Assembly (NCBI GenBank): GCA_964016885.1
Contig: CAXHJY010000275.1
Span: 124,001 to 188,000 of the forward strand
Length of the DNA stretch: 64,000 nt
Direction: 5' to 3'
Source: Eledone cirrhosa
Taxonomy: Eukaryota
In this document: in pieces, positions 48,890 to 63,800 of the stretch
How the letters are laid out: every line of letters starts with the position of its first letter
Position numbering within the stretch: the first letter of the stretch is position 1
Notes under the pieces: generated by a model
Told to the model about the DNA's origin: nothing
What the model saw: the letters and a program-made list of their open reading frames with translations, nothing else
Database searches by the model: none
Made by a program: the position numbers and the translations under genes

Positions 48890-51800
48890 TTCACTGTAGC
48901 TTCAGTGTAATACTGGTTAGTTGTAGCAGTCACTGTAGCTTTGGTGTAGTACTGGTTAGTTGTAGCAGTCACTGTAGCTTTGGTGTAATACTGGTTAGTT
49001 GTAGCAGTCACTGTAGCTTTGGTGTAGTACTGGTTAGTTGTAACAGTCACTGTAGCTTTGGTGTAGTAATAGTTAGTTGTAGCAGTCACTGTAGCTTTGG
49101 TGTAGTACTGGTTAGTTGTAACAGTCACTGTAGCTTTGGTGTAATACTGGTTAGTTGTAGCAGTCACTGTAGCTTTGGTGTAGTACTGGTTAGTTGTAGC
49201 AGTCACTGTAGCTTTGGTGTAATACTGGTTAGTTGTAGCAGTCACTGTAGCTTTGGTGTAGTACTGGTTAGTTGTAGCAGTCACTGTAGCTTTGGTGTAG
49301 TACTGGTTAGTTGTAACAGTCACTGTAGCTTTGGTGTAATACTGGTTAGTTGTAGCAGTCACTGTAGCTTTGGTGTAATACTGGTTAGTTGTAGCAGTCA
49401 CTGTAGCTTTGGTGTAGTACTGGTTAGTTGTAGCAGTCACTGTAGCTTTGGTGTAGTACTGGTTAGTTGTAGCAGTCACTGTAGCTTTGGTGTAGTACTA
49501 GTTAGTTGTAGCAGTCACTGTAGCTTTGGTGTAATACTGGTTAGTTGTAGCAGTCACTGTAGCTTTGGTGTAATACTGGTTAGTTGTAGCAGTCACTGTA
49601 GCTTTGGTGTAATACTGGTTAGTTGTAGCAGTCACTGTAGCTTTGGTGTAGTACTGGTTAGTTGTAGCAGTCACTGTAGCTTTGGTGTAATACTGGTTAG
49701 TTGTAGCAGTCACTGTAGCTTTGGTGTAATACTGGTTAGTTGTAGCAGTCACTGTAGCTTTGGTGTAATACTGGTTAGTTGTAGCAGTCACTGTAGCTTT
49801 GGTGTAATACTGGTTAGTTGTAGCAGTCACTGTAGCTTTGGTGTAATACTGGTTAGTTGTAGCAGTCACTGTAGCTTTGGTGTAGTACTGGTTAGTTGTA
49901 GCAGTCACTGTAGCTTTGGTGTAGTACTGGTTAGTTGTAGCAGTGACTGTAGCTTTGGTGTAATACTGGTTAGTTGTAGCAGTGACTGTAGCTTTGGTGT
50001 AATACTGGTTAGTTGTAGCAGTCACTGTAGCTTTGGTGTAATACTGGTTAGTTGTAGCAGTCACTGTAGCTTTGGTGTAATACTGGTTAGTTGTAGCAGT
50101 CACTGTAGCTTTGGTGTAGTACTGGTTAGTTGTAGCAGTCACTGTAGCTTTGGTGTAGTACTGGTTAGTTGTAGCAGTCACTGTAGCTTTGGTGTAGTAC
50201 TGGTTAGTTGTAGCAGTCACTGTAGCTTTGGTGTAGTACTGGTTAGTTGTAGCAGTCACTGTAGCTTTGGTGTAATACTGGTTAGTTGTAGCAGTCACTG
50301 TAGCTTTGGTGTAATACTGGTTAGTTGTAGCAGTCACTGCAACTTTGGTGTAATACTGGTTAGTTGTAGCAGTCACTGTAGCTTTGGTGTAGTACTGGTT
50401 AGTTGTAACAGTCACTGTAGCTTTGGTGTAGTACTGGTTAGTTGTAGCAGTCACTGCAGCTTTGGTGTAGTACTGGTTAGTTGTAGCAGTCACTATAGCT
50501 TCAGTGTAATACTGGTTAGTTGTAGCAGTCACTGCAACTTTGGTGTAGTACTGGTTAGTTGTAGCAGTCACTGTAGCTTTGGTGTAGTACTGGTTAGTTG
50601 TAGCAGTCACTGTAGTTTGGTGTAATACTGGTTAGTTGTAGCAGTCACTGTAGCTTTGGTGTAGTACTGGTTAGTTATAGCAGTCACTGTAGCTTTGGTG
50701 TAGTACTGGTTAGTTGTAGCAGTCACTGTAGCTTTGGTGTAGTACTGGTTAGTTGTAGCAGTCACTGCAACTTTGGTGTAGTACTGGTTAGTTGTAGCAG
50801 TCACTGTAGCTTTGGTGTAATACTGGTTGGTTGTAGCAGTCACTGTAGCTTTGGTGTAATACTGGTTAGTTGTAGCAGTCACTGTAGCTTTGGTGTAATA
50901 CTGGTTAGTTGTAGCAGTTACTGTGGCTTGAGTGTAATACTGGTTGGTTGTAGCAGTCACTGTAGCTTTGGTGTAATACTAGTTAGTTGTAGCAGTCACT
51001 GTAGCTTTGGTGTAATACTGGTTGGTTGTAGCAGTCACTGTAGCTTTGGTGTAATACTAGTTAGTTGTAGCAGTCACTGTAGCTTTGGTGTAATACTAGT
51101 TAGTTGTAACAGTCACTGTAGCTTTGGTGTAATACTGGTTAGTTCTAGCAGTCACTGTAGCTTTGGTGTAGTACTGGTTAGTTGTATCAGTCACTGTAGC
51201 TTTGGTGTAGTACTGGTTAGTTGTAGCAGTCACTGTAGCTTTGGTGTAGTACTGGTTAGTTGTAGCAGTTACTGTGGCTTTGGTCTAATACTAGTTAGTT
51301 GTAGCAGTCACTGTAGCTTTGGTGTAGTACTGGTTAGTTGTAGCAGTCACTGTAGCTTTGGTGTAATACTAGTTAGTTGTAGCAGTCACTGTAGCTTTGG
51401 TGTAGTACTAGTTCGTTGTAGCTTCAGTGTAGTACTGGTTAGTTGTAGCTGTCACTGTAGCTTTGGTGTAGTACTGGTTAGTTGTAGCAGTCACTGTAGC
51501 TTTGGTGTAGTACTGGTTAGTTGTAGCAGTCACTGTAGCTTTGGTGTAATACTGGTTAGTTGTGGCAGTCACTGTAGCTTTGGTGTAATACTGGTTAATT
51601 GTATCAGTCACTGTAGCTTTGGTGTAATACTAGTTAGTTGTAGCAGTCACTGCAGCTTTGGTGTAGTACTGGTTAGTTGTAGCAGTCACTGTAGCTTTGG
51701 TGTAGTACTGGTTAGTTGTAGCAGTCACTGTTGTTTTGGTGTAGTACTGGTTAGTTGTAGCAGTCACTGTAGCTTTGGTGTAGTACTGGTTAGTTGTAGC

Positions 51801-54800
51801 AGTCACTGCAGCTTTGGTGTAGTACTGGTTAGTTGTAGCAGTCACTGTAGTTTGGTGTAATACTGGTTAGTTGTAGCAGTCACTGTAGCTTTGGTGTAGT
51901 ACTGGTTAGTTGTAGCAGTCACTGTAGCTTTGGTGTAGTACTGGTTAGTTGTAACAGTCACTGTAGCTTTGGTGTAATACTGGTTAGTTGTAGCAGTCAC
52001 TGTAGCTTTGGTGTAATACTGGTTAGTTGTAGCAGTCACTGTAGCTTTGGTGTAGTACTGGTTAGTTGTAGCAGTCACTGTAGGTTTGGTGTAGTACTGG
52101 TTAGTTGTAGGAGTCACTGTAACTTTGGTGTAATACTGGTTAGTTGTAGAAGTCACTGTAGCTTTGGTGTAGTACTGGTTAGTTGTACCAGTCACTGTAG
52201 CTTTGGTGTAGTACTAGTTAGTTGTAGCAGTCACTGTAGCTTTGGTGTAGTACTGGTTAGTTGTAACAGTCACTGTAGCTTTGGTGTAATACTGGTTAGT
52301 TGTAGCAGTCACTGTAGCTTTGGTGTAGTACTGGTTAGTTGTAGCATTCACTGTACCTTTGGTGTAATACTGGTTAGTTGTAGCAGTCACTGTAGCTTTG
52401 GTGTAGTACTGGTTAGTTGTAGCAGTCACTGTAGCTTTGGTGTAGTACTAGTTAGTTGTAGCAGTCACTGTAGCTTTGGTGTAATACTGGTTAGTTGTAG
52501 CAGTCACTGTAGCTTTGGTGTAATACTGGTTAGTTGTAGCAGTCACTGTAGCTTTGGTGTAATACTGGTTAGTTGTAGCAATCACTGTAGCTTTGGTGTA
52601 GTACTGGTTAGTTGTAGCAGTCACTGTAGCTTTGGTGTAATACTGGTTAGTTGTAGCAGTCACTGTAGCTTTGGTGTAATACTGGTTAGTTGTAGCAGTC
52701 ACTGTAGCTTTGGTGTAATACTGGTTAGTTGTAGCAGTCACTGTAGCTTTGGTGTAGTACTGGTTAGTTGTAGCAGTCACTGTAGCTTTGGTGTAATACT
52801 GGTTAGTTGTAGCAGTCACTGTAGCTTTGGTGTAATACTGGTTAGTTGTAGCAGTCACTGTAGCTTTGGTGTAATACTGGTTAGTTGTAGCAGTCACTGT
52901 AGCTTTGGTGTAATACTGGTTAGTTGTAGCAGTCACTGTAGCTTTGGTGTAATACTGGTTAGTTCTAGCAGTCACTGTAGCTTTGGTGTAGTACTGGTTA
53001 GTTGTAGCAGTCACTGTAGCTTTGGTGTAGTACTGGTTAGTTGTAGCAGTGACTGTAGCTCTGGTGTTATACTGGTTAGTTGTAGCAGTCACTGTAGCTT
53101 TGGTGTAATACTGGTTAGTTGTAGCAGTCACTGTAGCTTTGGTGTAATACTGGTTAGTTGTAGCAGTCACTGTAGCTTTGGTGCAATACTGGTTAGTTGT
53201 AGCAGTCACTGTAGCTTTGGTGTAGTACTGGTTAGTTGTAGCAGTCACTGTAGCTTTGGTGTAGTACTGGTTAGTTGTAGCAGTCACTGTACCTTTGGTG
53301 TAGTACTGGTTAGTTGTAGCAGTCACTGTAGCTTTGGTGTAGTACTGGTTAGTTGTAGCAGTCACTGTAGCTTTGGTGTAATACTGGTTAGTTGTAGCAG
53401 TCACTGTAGCTTTGGTGTAATACTGGTTAGTTGTAGCAGTCACTGCAACTTTGGTGTAATACTGGTTAGTTGTAGCAGTCACTGTAGCTTTGGTGTAGTA
53501 CTGGTTAGTTGTAACAGTCACTGTAGCTTTGGTGTAGTACTGGTTAGTTGTAGCAGTCACTATAGCTTCAGTGTAATACTGGTTAGTTGTAGCAGTCACT
53601 GCAACTTTGGTGTAGTACTGGTTAGTTGTAGCAGTCACTGTAGCTTTGGTGTAGTACTGGTTAGTTGTAGCAGTCACTGTAGTTTGGTGTAATACTGGTT
53701 AGTTGTAGCAGTCACTGTAGCTTTGGTGTAGTACTGGTTAGTTATAGCAGTCACTGTAGCTTTGGTGTAGTACTGGTTAGTTGTAGCAGTCACTGTAGCT
53801 TTGGTGTAGTACTGGTTAGTTGTAGCAGTCACTGTAGCTTTGGTGTAATACTGGTTAGTTGTAGCAGTCACTGTAGCTTTGGTGTAGTACTAGTTAGTTG
53901 TAGCAGTCACTGTAGCTTGAGTGTAATACTGGTTAGTTGTAGCAGTCACTGTAGCTTTGGTGTAATACTAGTTAGCTGTAGCAGTCACTGGAGCTTTGGT
54001 GTAGTACTGGTTGGTTGTAGCAGTCACTCTAGCTTTGGTGTAATACTGGTTAGTTGTAGCAGTCACTGTAGCTTTGGTGTAATACTGGTTAGTTGTAGCA
54101 GTTACTGTGGCTTGAGTGTAATACTGGTTGGTTGTAGCAGTCACTGTAGCTTTGGTGTAATACTAGTTAGTTGTAGCAGTCACTGTAGCTTTGGTGTAAT
54201 ACTGGTTGGTTGTAGCAGTCACTGTAGCTTTGGTGTAATACTAGTTAGTTGTAGCAGTCACTGTAGCTTTGGTGTAATACTAGTTATTTGTAACAGTCAC
54301 TGTAGCTTTGGTGTAATACTGGTTAGTTCTAGCAGTCACTGTAGCTTTGGTGTAGTACTGGTTAGTTGTATCAGTCACTGTAGCTTTGGTGTAGTACTGG
54401 TTAGTTGTAGCAGTCACTGTAGCTTTGGTGTAGTACTGGTTAGTTGTAGCAGTTACTGTGGCTTTGGTCTAATACTAGTTAGTTGTAGCAGTCACTGTAG
54501 CTTTGGTGTAGTACTGGTTAGTTGTAGCAGTCACTGTAGCTTTGGTGTAATACTAGTTAGTTGTAGCAGTCACTGTAGCTTTGGTGTAGTACTAGTTCGT
54601 TGTAGCTTCAGTGTAGTACTGGTTAGTTGTAGCTGTCACTGTAGCTTTGGTGTAGTACTGGTTAGTTGTAGCAGTCACTGTAGCTTTGGTGTAGTACTGG
54701 TTAGTTGTAGCAGTCACTGTAGCTTTGGTGTAATACTGGTTAGTTGTTGCAGTCACTGTAGCTTTGGTGTAATACTGGTTAGTTGTAGCAGTCACTTTAG

Positions 54801-57800
54801 CTTCAGTGTAGTACTGATTAGTTGTAGCAGTCACTGTAGCTTTGGTGTAGTACTGATTAGTTGTAGCAGTCACTGTAGCTTTGGTGTAGTACTGGGTAGT
54901 TGTAGCAGCCACTGTAGCTTTGGTGTAATACTGGTTAGTTGTAGCAGTCACTGTAGCTTTGGTGTAGTACTGGGTAGTTGTAGCAGCCACTGTAGCTTTG
55001 GTGTAGTACTGGGTAGTTGTAGCAGCCACTGTAGCTTTGGTGTAATACTGGTTAGTTGTAGCAGCCACTGTAGCTTTGGTGTAGTACTGGTTAGTTGTAG
55101 CAGTCACTGTAGCTTCAGTGCAATACTGGTTAGTTGTAGCAGCCACTGTAGCTTTGGTGTAATACTGGTTAGTTGTAGCAGCCACTGTAGCTTTGGTGTA
55201 GTACTGGTTAGTTGTAGCAGTCACTGTAGCTTCAGTGCAATACTGGTTAGTTGTAGCAGCCACTGTAGCTTTGGTGTAATACTGGTTAGTTGTAGCAGTC
55301 ACTGTAGCTTTGGTGTAGTACTGGTTAGTTGTAGCAGTCACTGTAGCTTTGGTGTAGTACTGGGTAGTTGTAGCAGTCACTGTAGCTTTGGTGTAATACT
55401 AGTTAGTTGCAACAGTCACTGTAGCTTTGGTGTAATACTGGTTAGTTGTAACAGTCACTGTAGCTTTGGTGTAATACTAGTTAGTTGTAACAGTCACTGT
55501 AGCTTTGGTGTAATACTGGTTAGTTGTAGCAGCCACTGTAGCTTTGGTGTAGTACTGGTTAGTTGTAACAGTCACTGTAGCTTTGGTGTAGTACTGGGTA
55601 GTTGTATCAGTCACTGTAGCTTTGGTGTAATACTAGTTAGTTGTAACAGTCACTGTAGCTTTGGTGTAATACTGGTTAGTTGTAGCAGTCACTGTAGCTT
55701 TGGTGTAGTACTAGTTAGTTGTAGCAGTCACTGTAGCTTGAGTGTAATACTGGTTAGTTGTAGCAGTCACTGTAGCTTTGGTGTAATACTAGTTAGCTGT
55801 AGCAGTCACTGTAGCTTTGGTGTAATACTTGTTGGTTGTAGCAGTCACTGTAGCTTTGGTGTAGTACTGGTTAGTTGTAGCAGTCACTGTAGCTTTGGTG
55901 TAATACTGGTTAGTTGTAGCAGTCACTGTAGCTTTGCTGTAGTACTGGTTAGTTGTAGCAACCACTGCAGCTTTGGTGTAATACTGGTTAGTTGTAGCAG
56001 TGACTGTAGCTTTGGTGTAATACTGGTTAGTTGTAGCAGTCACTGTAGCTTTGGTGTAATACTGGTTAGTTGTAGTAGTCACTGTAACTTTGGTGTAATA
56101 CTGGTTAGTTGTAGCAGTCACTGTAGCTTCAGTGCAATACTGGTTAGTTGTAGCAGTCTCTGTAGCTTTGGTGTAGTACTGGTTAGTTGTGACAGTCACT
56201 GTAGCTTTGGTGTAGTACTGGTTAGTTGTAGCAGTCACTGTAGCTTTGGTGTAGTACTAGTTAGTTGTAGCAGTCACTGTAGCTTTGGTGTAGTACTGGT
56301 TAGTTGTAGCAGTCACTGTAGCTTTGGTGTAGTACTGGTTAGTTGTAGCAGTCACTGCGACTTTGGTGTAATACTGGTTAGTTGTAGCAGTCACTGTAGC
56401 TTTGGTGTAGTACTGGTTAGTTGTAGTAGTCACTGTAGCTTTGGTGTAGTACTGGTTAGTTGTAGCAGTCACTGCAGCTTTGGTGTTGTACTGGTTAGTT
56501 GTCGCAGTCACTGTAGTTTAGTGTAATACTGGTTAGTTGTAGCAGTCACTGTAGCTTTGGTGTAGTACTGGTTAGTTGTAGCAGTCACTGTAGCTTTGGT
56601 GTAGTACTGGTTAGTTGTAGCAGTCACTGCAGCTTTGGTGTAGTACTGGTTAGTTGTCGCAGTCACTGTAGCTTTGGTGTAATACTGGTTAGTTGTAGCA
56701 GTCACTGTAACTTTGGTGTAATACTGGTTAGTTGTAGCAGTCACTGTAGCTTTGGTGTAATACTGGTTAGTTGTAGCAGTCACTGTAGCTTTGGTGTAAT
56801 ACTGGTTAGTTGTAGCAGTCACTGTAACTTTGGTGTAATACTGGTTAGTTGTAGCAGCCACTGTAGCTTTGGTGTAATACTGGTTAGTTGTAGCAGTCAC
56901 TGTAGCTTTGGTGTAATACTGGTTAGTTGTAGCAGTCACTGTAACTTTGGTGTAATACTGGTTAGTTGTAGCAGTCACTGCAGCTTTGGTGTAGTACTGG
57001 TTAGTTGTGGAAGTCACTGTAGCTTTGGTGTAATACTAGTTAGTTGTAGCAGTCACTGTAGCTTTGGTGTAGTACTGGTTAGTTGTGGCAGTCACTGTAG
57101 CTTTGGTGTAATACTGGTTAGTTGTAGCAGCCACTGCAGCTTAGGTGTAGTACTGGTTAGTTGTAGGAGTCACTGTAGCTTTGGTGTAATACTGGTTAGT
57201 TGTGGCAGTCACTGTAGCTTCAGTGTAGTACTGGTTAGTTGTAGCAGTCACTGTAGCTTTGGTGTAATACTGGTTAGTTGTAGCAGTCACTGTACATTTG
57301 GTGTAGTACTGGTTAGTTGTAGCAATCACTGTAGCTTTGGTGTAATACTGGTTAGTTGTAGCAGCCACTGTAGCTTTGGTGTAGTACTGGTTAGTTGTAG
57401 CAGTCACTGTAGCTTCAGTGCAATACTGGTTAGTTGTAGCAGCCACTGTAGCTTTGGTGTAATACTGGTTAGTTGTAGCAGTCACTGTAGCTTTGGTGTA
57501 GTACTGGTTAGTTGTAGCAGTCACTGTAGCTTTGGTGTAGTACTGGGTAGTTGTAGAAGTCACTGTAGCTTTGGTGTAATACTAGTTAGTTGTAACAGTC
57601 ACTGTAGCTTTGGTGTAATACTGGTTAGTTGTAACAGTCACTGTAGCTTTGGTGTAATACTAGTTAGTTGTAACAGTCACTGTAGCTTTGGTGTAATACT
57701 GGTTAGTTGTAGCAGCCACTGTAGCTTTGGTGTAGTACTGGTTAGTTGTAGCAGTCACTGTATCTTTGATGTAATACTGGTTAGTTGTAGCAGTCACTGT

Positions 57801-60800
57801 AGCTTTGGTGTAATACTGGTTAGTTGTAGCAGTCACTGTAGCTTTGGTGTAATACTGGTTAGTTGTAGCAGTCACTGTAGCTTTGGTGTAATACTGGTTA
57901 GTTGTAGCAGTCAGTGTAGCTTTGGTGTAGTACTGGTTAGTTGTAACAGTCACTGTAGCTTTGGTGTAGTACTGGGTAGTTGTATCAGTCACTGTAGCTT
58001 TGGTGTAATACTAGTTAGTTGTAACAGTCACTGTAGCTTTGGTGTAATACTGGTTAGTTGTAGAAGTCACTGTAGCTTTGGTGTAGTACTAGTTAGTTGT
58101 AGCAGTCACTGTAGCTTGAGTGTAATACTGGTTAGTTGTAGCAGTCACTGTAGCTTTGGTGTGGTACTGGTTAGTTGTAGCAGTCACTGCAGCTTTGGTG
58201 TAATACTAGTTAGTTGTAGCAGTCACTGTAGTTTGGTGTAATACTGGTTAGTTGTAGCAGCCACTGTAGCTTTGGTGTAGTACTGGTTAGTTGTAGCAGT
58301 CACTGCAGCTTTGGTGTAGTACTGGTTAGTTGTCGCAGTCACTGTAGCTTTGGTGTAATACTGGTTAGTTGTAGCAGTCACTGTAACTTTGGTGTAATAC
58401 TGGTTAGTTGTAGCAGTCACTGTAGCTTTGGTGTAATACTGGTTAGTTGTAGCAGTCACTGTAGCTTTGGTGTAATACTGGTTAGTTGTAGCAGTCACTG
58501 TAACTTTGGTGTAATACTGGTTAGTTGTAGCAGCCACTGTAGCTTTGGTGTAATACTGGTTAGTTGTAGCAGTCACTGTAGCTTTGGTGTAATACTGGTT
58601 AGTTGTAGCAGTCACTGTAACTTTGGTGTAATACTGGTTAGTTGTAGCAGTCACTGCAGCTTTGGTGTAGTACTGGTTAGTTGTGGCAGTCACTGTAGCT
58701 TTGGTGTAATACTAGTTAGTTGTAGCAGTCACTGTAGCTTTGGTGTAGTACTGGTTAGTTGTGGCAGTCACTGTAGCTTTGGTGTAATACTGGTTAGTTG
58801 TAGCAGCCACTGCAGCTTAGGTGTAGTACTGGTTAGTTGTAGGAGTCACTGTAACTTTGGTGTAATACTGGTTAGTTGTGGCAGTCACTGTAGCTTCAGT
58901 GTAGTACTGGTTAGTTGTAGCAGTCACTGTAGCTTTGGTGTAATACTGGTTAGTTGTAGCAGTCACTGTACATTTGGTGTAGTACTGGTTAGTTGTAGCA
59001 ATCACTGTAGCTTTGGTGCAATACTGGTTAGTTGTAGCAGCCACTGTAGCTTTGGTGTAGTACTGGTTAGTTGTAGCAGTCACTGTAGCTTCAGTGCAAT
59101 ACTGGTTAGTTGTAGCAGCCACTGTAGCTTTGGTGTAATACTGGTTAGTTGTAGCAGTCACTGTAGCTTTGGTGTAGTACTGGTTAGTTGTAGCAGTCAC
59201 TGTAGCTTTGGTGTAGTACTGGGTAGTTGTAGAAGTCACTGTAGCTTTGGTGTAATACTAGTTAGTTGTAACAGTCACTGTAGCTTTGGTGTAATACTGG
59301 TTAGTTGTAACAGTCACTGTAGCTTTGGTGTAATACTAGTTAGTTGTAACAGTCACTGTAGCTTTGGTGTAATACTGGTTAGTTGTAGCAGCCACTGTAG
59401 CTTTGGTGTAGTACTGGTTAGTTGTAGCAGTCACTGTATCTTTGATGTAATACTGGTTAGTTGTAGCAGTCACTGTAGCTTTGGTGTAATACTGGTTAGT
59501 TGTAGCAGTCACTGTAGCTTTGGTGTAATACTGGTTAGTTGTAGCAGTCAGTGTAGCTTTGGTGTAATACTGGTTAGTTGTAGCAGTCAGTGTAGCTTTG
59601 GTGTAGTACTGGTTAGTTGTAACAGTCACTGTAGCTTTGGTGTAGTACTGGGTAGTTGTATCAGTCACTGTAGCTTTGGTGTAATACTAGTTAGTTGTAA
59701 CAGTCACTGTAGCTTTGGTGTAATACTGGTTAGTTGTAGCAGTCACTGTAGCTTTGGTGTAGTACTAGTTAGTTGTAGCAGTCACTGTAGCTTGAGTGTA
59801 ATACTGGTTAGTTGTAGCAGTCACTGTAGCTTTGGTGTGGTACTGGTTAGTTGTAGCAGTCACTGCAGCTTTGGTGTAATACTAGTTAGTTGTAGCAGTC
59901 ACTGTAGTTTGGTGTAATACTGGTTAGTTGTAGCAGCCACTGTAGCTTTGGTGTAGTACTGGTTAGTTGTAGCAGTCACTGTAGCTTTGGTGTAGTACTG
60001 GTTAGTTGTAGCAGTCACTGCAGCTTTGGTGTAATACTAGTTAGTTGTAGCAGTCACTGTAGCTTTGGTGTAATACTAGTTAGTTGTAGCAGTCACTGTA
60101 GTTTGGTGTAATACTGGTTAGTTGTAGCAGTCACTGTAGCTTCAGTGTAGTACTGATTAGTTGAAGCAGTCACTGTAGCTTTGGTGTAGTACTGATTAGT
60201 TGTAGCAGTCACTGTAGCTTTGGTGTAGTACTGGGTAGTTGTAGCAGCCACTGTAGCTTTGGTGTAATACTGGTTAGTTGTAGCAGTCACTGTAGCTTTG
60301 GTGTAATACTGGTTAGTTGTAACAGTCACTGTAGCTTTGGTGTAATACTAGTTAGTTGTAACAGTCACTGTAGCTTTGGTGTAATACTGGTTAGTTGTAG
60401 CAGCCACTGTAGCTTTGGTGTAGTACTGGTTAGTTGTAGCAGTCACTGTAGCTTTGGTGTAATACTGGTTAGTTGTAGCAGTCACTGTAGCTTTGGTGTA
60501 GTACTGGTTAGTTGTAGCAGTCACTGTAGCTTTGGTGTAGTACTGGGTAGTTGTCGCTGTAGCTTTGGTGTAATACTAGTTAGTTGTAACAGTCACTGTA
60601 GCTTTGGTGTAATACTGGTTAGTTGTAACAGTCACTGTAGCTTTGGTGTAATACTAGTTAGTTGTAACAGTCACTGTAGCTTTGGTGTAATACTGGTTAG
60701 TTGTAGCAGCCACTGTAGCTTTGGTGTAGTACTGGTTAGTTGTAGCAGTCACTGTAGCTTTGGTGTAATACTTGTTGGTTGTAGCAGTCACTGTAGCTTT

Positions 60801-63800
60801 GCTGTAGTACTGGTTAGTTGTAGCAGCCACTGCAGCTTTGGTGTAATACTGGTTAGTTGTAGCAGTGACTGTAGCTTTGGTGTAATACTGGTTAGTTGTA
60901 GCAGTCACTGTAGCTTTGGTGTAATACTGGTTAGTTGTAGTAGTCACTGTAGCTTTGGTGTAATACTGGTTAGTTGTAGCAGTCACTCTAGCTTCAGTGC
61001 AATACTGGTTAGTTGTAGCAGTCTCTGTAGCTTTGGTGTAGTACTGGTTAGTTGTGACAGTCACTGTAGCTTTGGTGTAGTAGTGGTTAGTTGTAGCAGT
61101 CACTGTAGCTTTGGTGTAGTACTAGTTAGTTGTAGCAGTCACTGTAGCTTTGGTGTAGTACTGGTTAGTTGTAGCAGTCACTGTAGCTTTGGTGTAGTAC
61201 TGGTTAGTTGTAGCAGTCACTGCAACTTTGGTGTAATACTGGTTAGTTGTAGCAGTCACTGTAGCTTTGGTGTAGTACTGGTTAGTTGTAGTAGTCACTG
61301 TAGCTTTGGTGTAGTACTGGTTAGTTGTAGCAGTCACTGCAGCTTTGGTGTAGTACTGGTTAGTTGTAGCAGTCACTGTAGTTTGGTGTAATACTGGTTA
61401 GTTGTAGCAGTCACTGTAGCTTTGGTGTAGTACTGGTTAGTTGTAGCAGTCACTGTAGCTTTGGTGTAGTACTGGTTAGTTGTAGCAGTCACTGCAGCTT
61501 TGGTGTAGTACTGGTTTGTTGTCGCAGTCACTGTAGCTTTGGTGTAATACTGGTTAGTTGTAGCAGTCACTGTAACTTTGGTGTAATACTGGTTAGTTGT
61601 AGCAGTCACTGTAGCTTTGGTGTAATACTGGTTAGTTGTAGCAGTCACTGTAGATTTGGTGTAATACTGGTTAGTTGTAGCAGTCACTGTAACTTTGGTG
61701 TAATACTGGTTAGTTGTAGCAGCCACTGTAGCTTTGGTGTAATACTGGTTAGTTGTAGCAGTCACTGTAGCTTTGGTGTAATACTGGTTAGTTGTAGTAG
61801 TCACTGTAACTTTGGTGTAATACTGGTTAGTTGTAGCAGTCACTGCAGCTTTGGTGTAGTACTGGTTAGTTGTAGCAGTCACTGTAGCTTTGGTGTAATA
61901 CTAGTTAACTGTAGCAGTCACTGTAGCTTTGGTGTAATACTGGTTGGTTGTAGCAGTCACTGCAGCTTGAGTGTAATACTGGTTAGTTGTAGCAGTCACT
62001 GTAGCTTTGGTGTAGTACTAGTTAGTTGTAGCAGTCACTATAGCTTGAGTGTAATACTGGTTAGTTGTAGCAGTCACTGTAGCTTTGGTGTAATACTGGT
62101 TAGTTGTAACAGTCACTCTAGCTTTGCTGTAATACTGGTTAGTTGTAGCAGTCACTGTAGCTTTGGTGTAATACTAGTTAGTTGTAGCAATCACTGTAGC
62201 TTTGGTGTAATACTGGTTGGTTGTAGCAGTCACTGTAGCTTTGGTGTAATACTGGTTAGTTGTAGCAGTCACTGTAGCTTTGCTGTAGTACTGGTTAGTT
62301 GTAGCAGTCACTGTAGATTTGGTGTAATACTGGTTAGTTGTAGCAGTCACTGTAGCTTTGCTGTAGTACTGGTTAGTTGTAGCAGTGACTGTAGTTTGGT
62401 GTAATACTGGTTAGTTGTGGCAGTGACTGTAGCTTTGGTGTAGTACTAGTTAGTTGTAGCAGTCACTATAGCTTGAGTGTAATACTGGTTAGTTGTAGCA
62501 GTCACTGTAGCTTTGGTGTAATACTGGTTAGTTGTAACAGTCACTGTAGCTTTGTAGTAATACTGGTTAGTTGTAGCAGTCACTGTAGCTTCAGTGCAAT
62601 ACTGGTTAGTTGTAGCAGTCTCTGTAGTTTGATGTAGTACTGGTTAGTTGTGACAGTCACTGTAGCTTTGGTGTAGTACTGGTTAGTTGTAGCAGTCACT
62701 GTAGCTTTGGTGTAATACTGGTTAGTTGTAGCAGTCACTGTAGCTTTGGTGTAGTACTGGTTAGTTGTAGCAGTCACTGCAGCTTTGGTGTAGTACTGGT
62801 TAGTTGTAGCACTCACTGTAGCTTTGGTGTAGTACTAGTTAGTTGTAGCAGTCACTGTAGCTTTGGTGTAGTACTGGTTAGTTGTAGCAGTCACTGTAGC
62901 TGTGGTGTAGTACTGGTTAGTTGTAGCAGTCACTGTAGCTTTGGTGTAGTACTGGTTAGTTGTAGCAGTCACTGTAGCTTTGGTGTAGTACTGGTTAGTT
63001 GTAGCAGTCACTGCAGCTTTGGTGTAGTACTGGTTAGTTGTAGCAGTCACTGTAGTTTGGTGTAATACTGGTTAGTTGTAGCAGCCACTGTAGCTTTGGT
63101 GTAATACTGGTTGGTGGTAGCAGTCACTGTAGCTTTGGTGTAGTACTGATTAGTTGTAGCAGTCACTGTAGCTTTGGTGTAATACTAGTTAGTTGTAGCA
63201 GTCACTGTAACTTTGGTGTAATACTGGTTGGTTGTAGCAGTCACTGTAGCTTTGGTGTAGTACTGGTTAGTTGTAGCAGTCACTGTAGCTTTGGTGTAAT
63301 ACTGGTTAGTTCTATCAGTCACTGTAGCTTTGGTGTAATACTAGTTAGTTGTAGCAGTCACTGCAGCTTTGGTGTAGTACTGGTTAGTTGTAGCAGTCAC
63401 TGTAGCTTTGGTGTAATACTGGTTAGTTGTAGCAGTCACTGTTTTTTTGGTGTAGTACTGGTTAGTTGTAGCAGTCACTGTTTTTTTGGTGTAGTACTGG
63501 TTAGTTGTAGCAGTCAGTGTAGTATTGGTTAGTTGTAGCATTCACTGTATCTTCAGTGTAATACTGGTTAGTTGTAGCAATCACTGTAGCTTTGGTGTAA
63601 TACTGGTTAGTTGTGGCAGTCTCTGTAGCTTCAGTGTAGTAGTGGTTAGTTGTAGCAGTCACTGTAGCTTTGGTGTAATACTGGTTAGTTGTAGCAGTCA
63701 CTGTAGCTTTGGTGTAATACGAGTTAGTTGTAGCAGTCACTGTAGCTTTGGTGTAGTACTGGTTAGTTGTAGCAGTTACTGTAGCTTTGGTGTAATACTG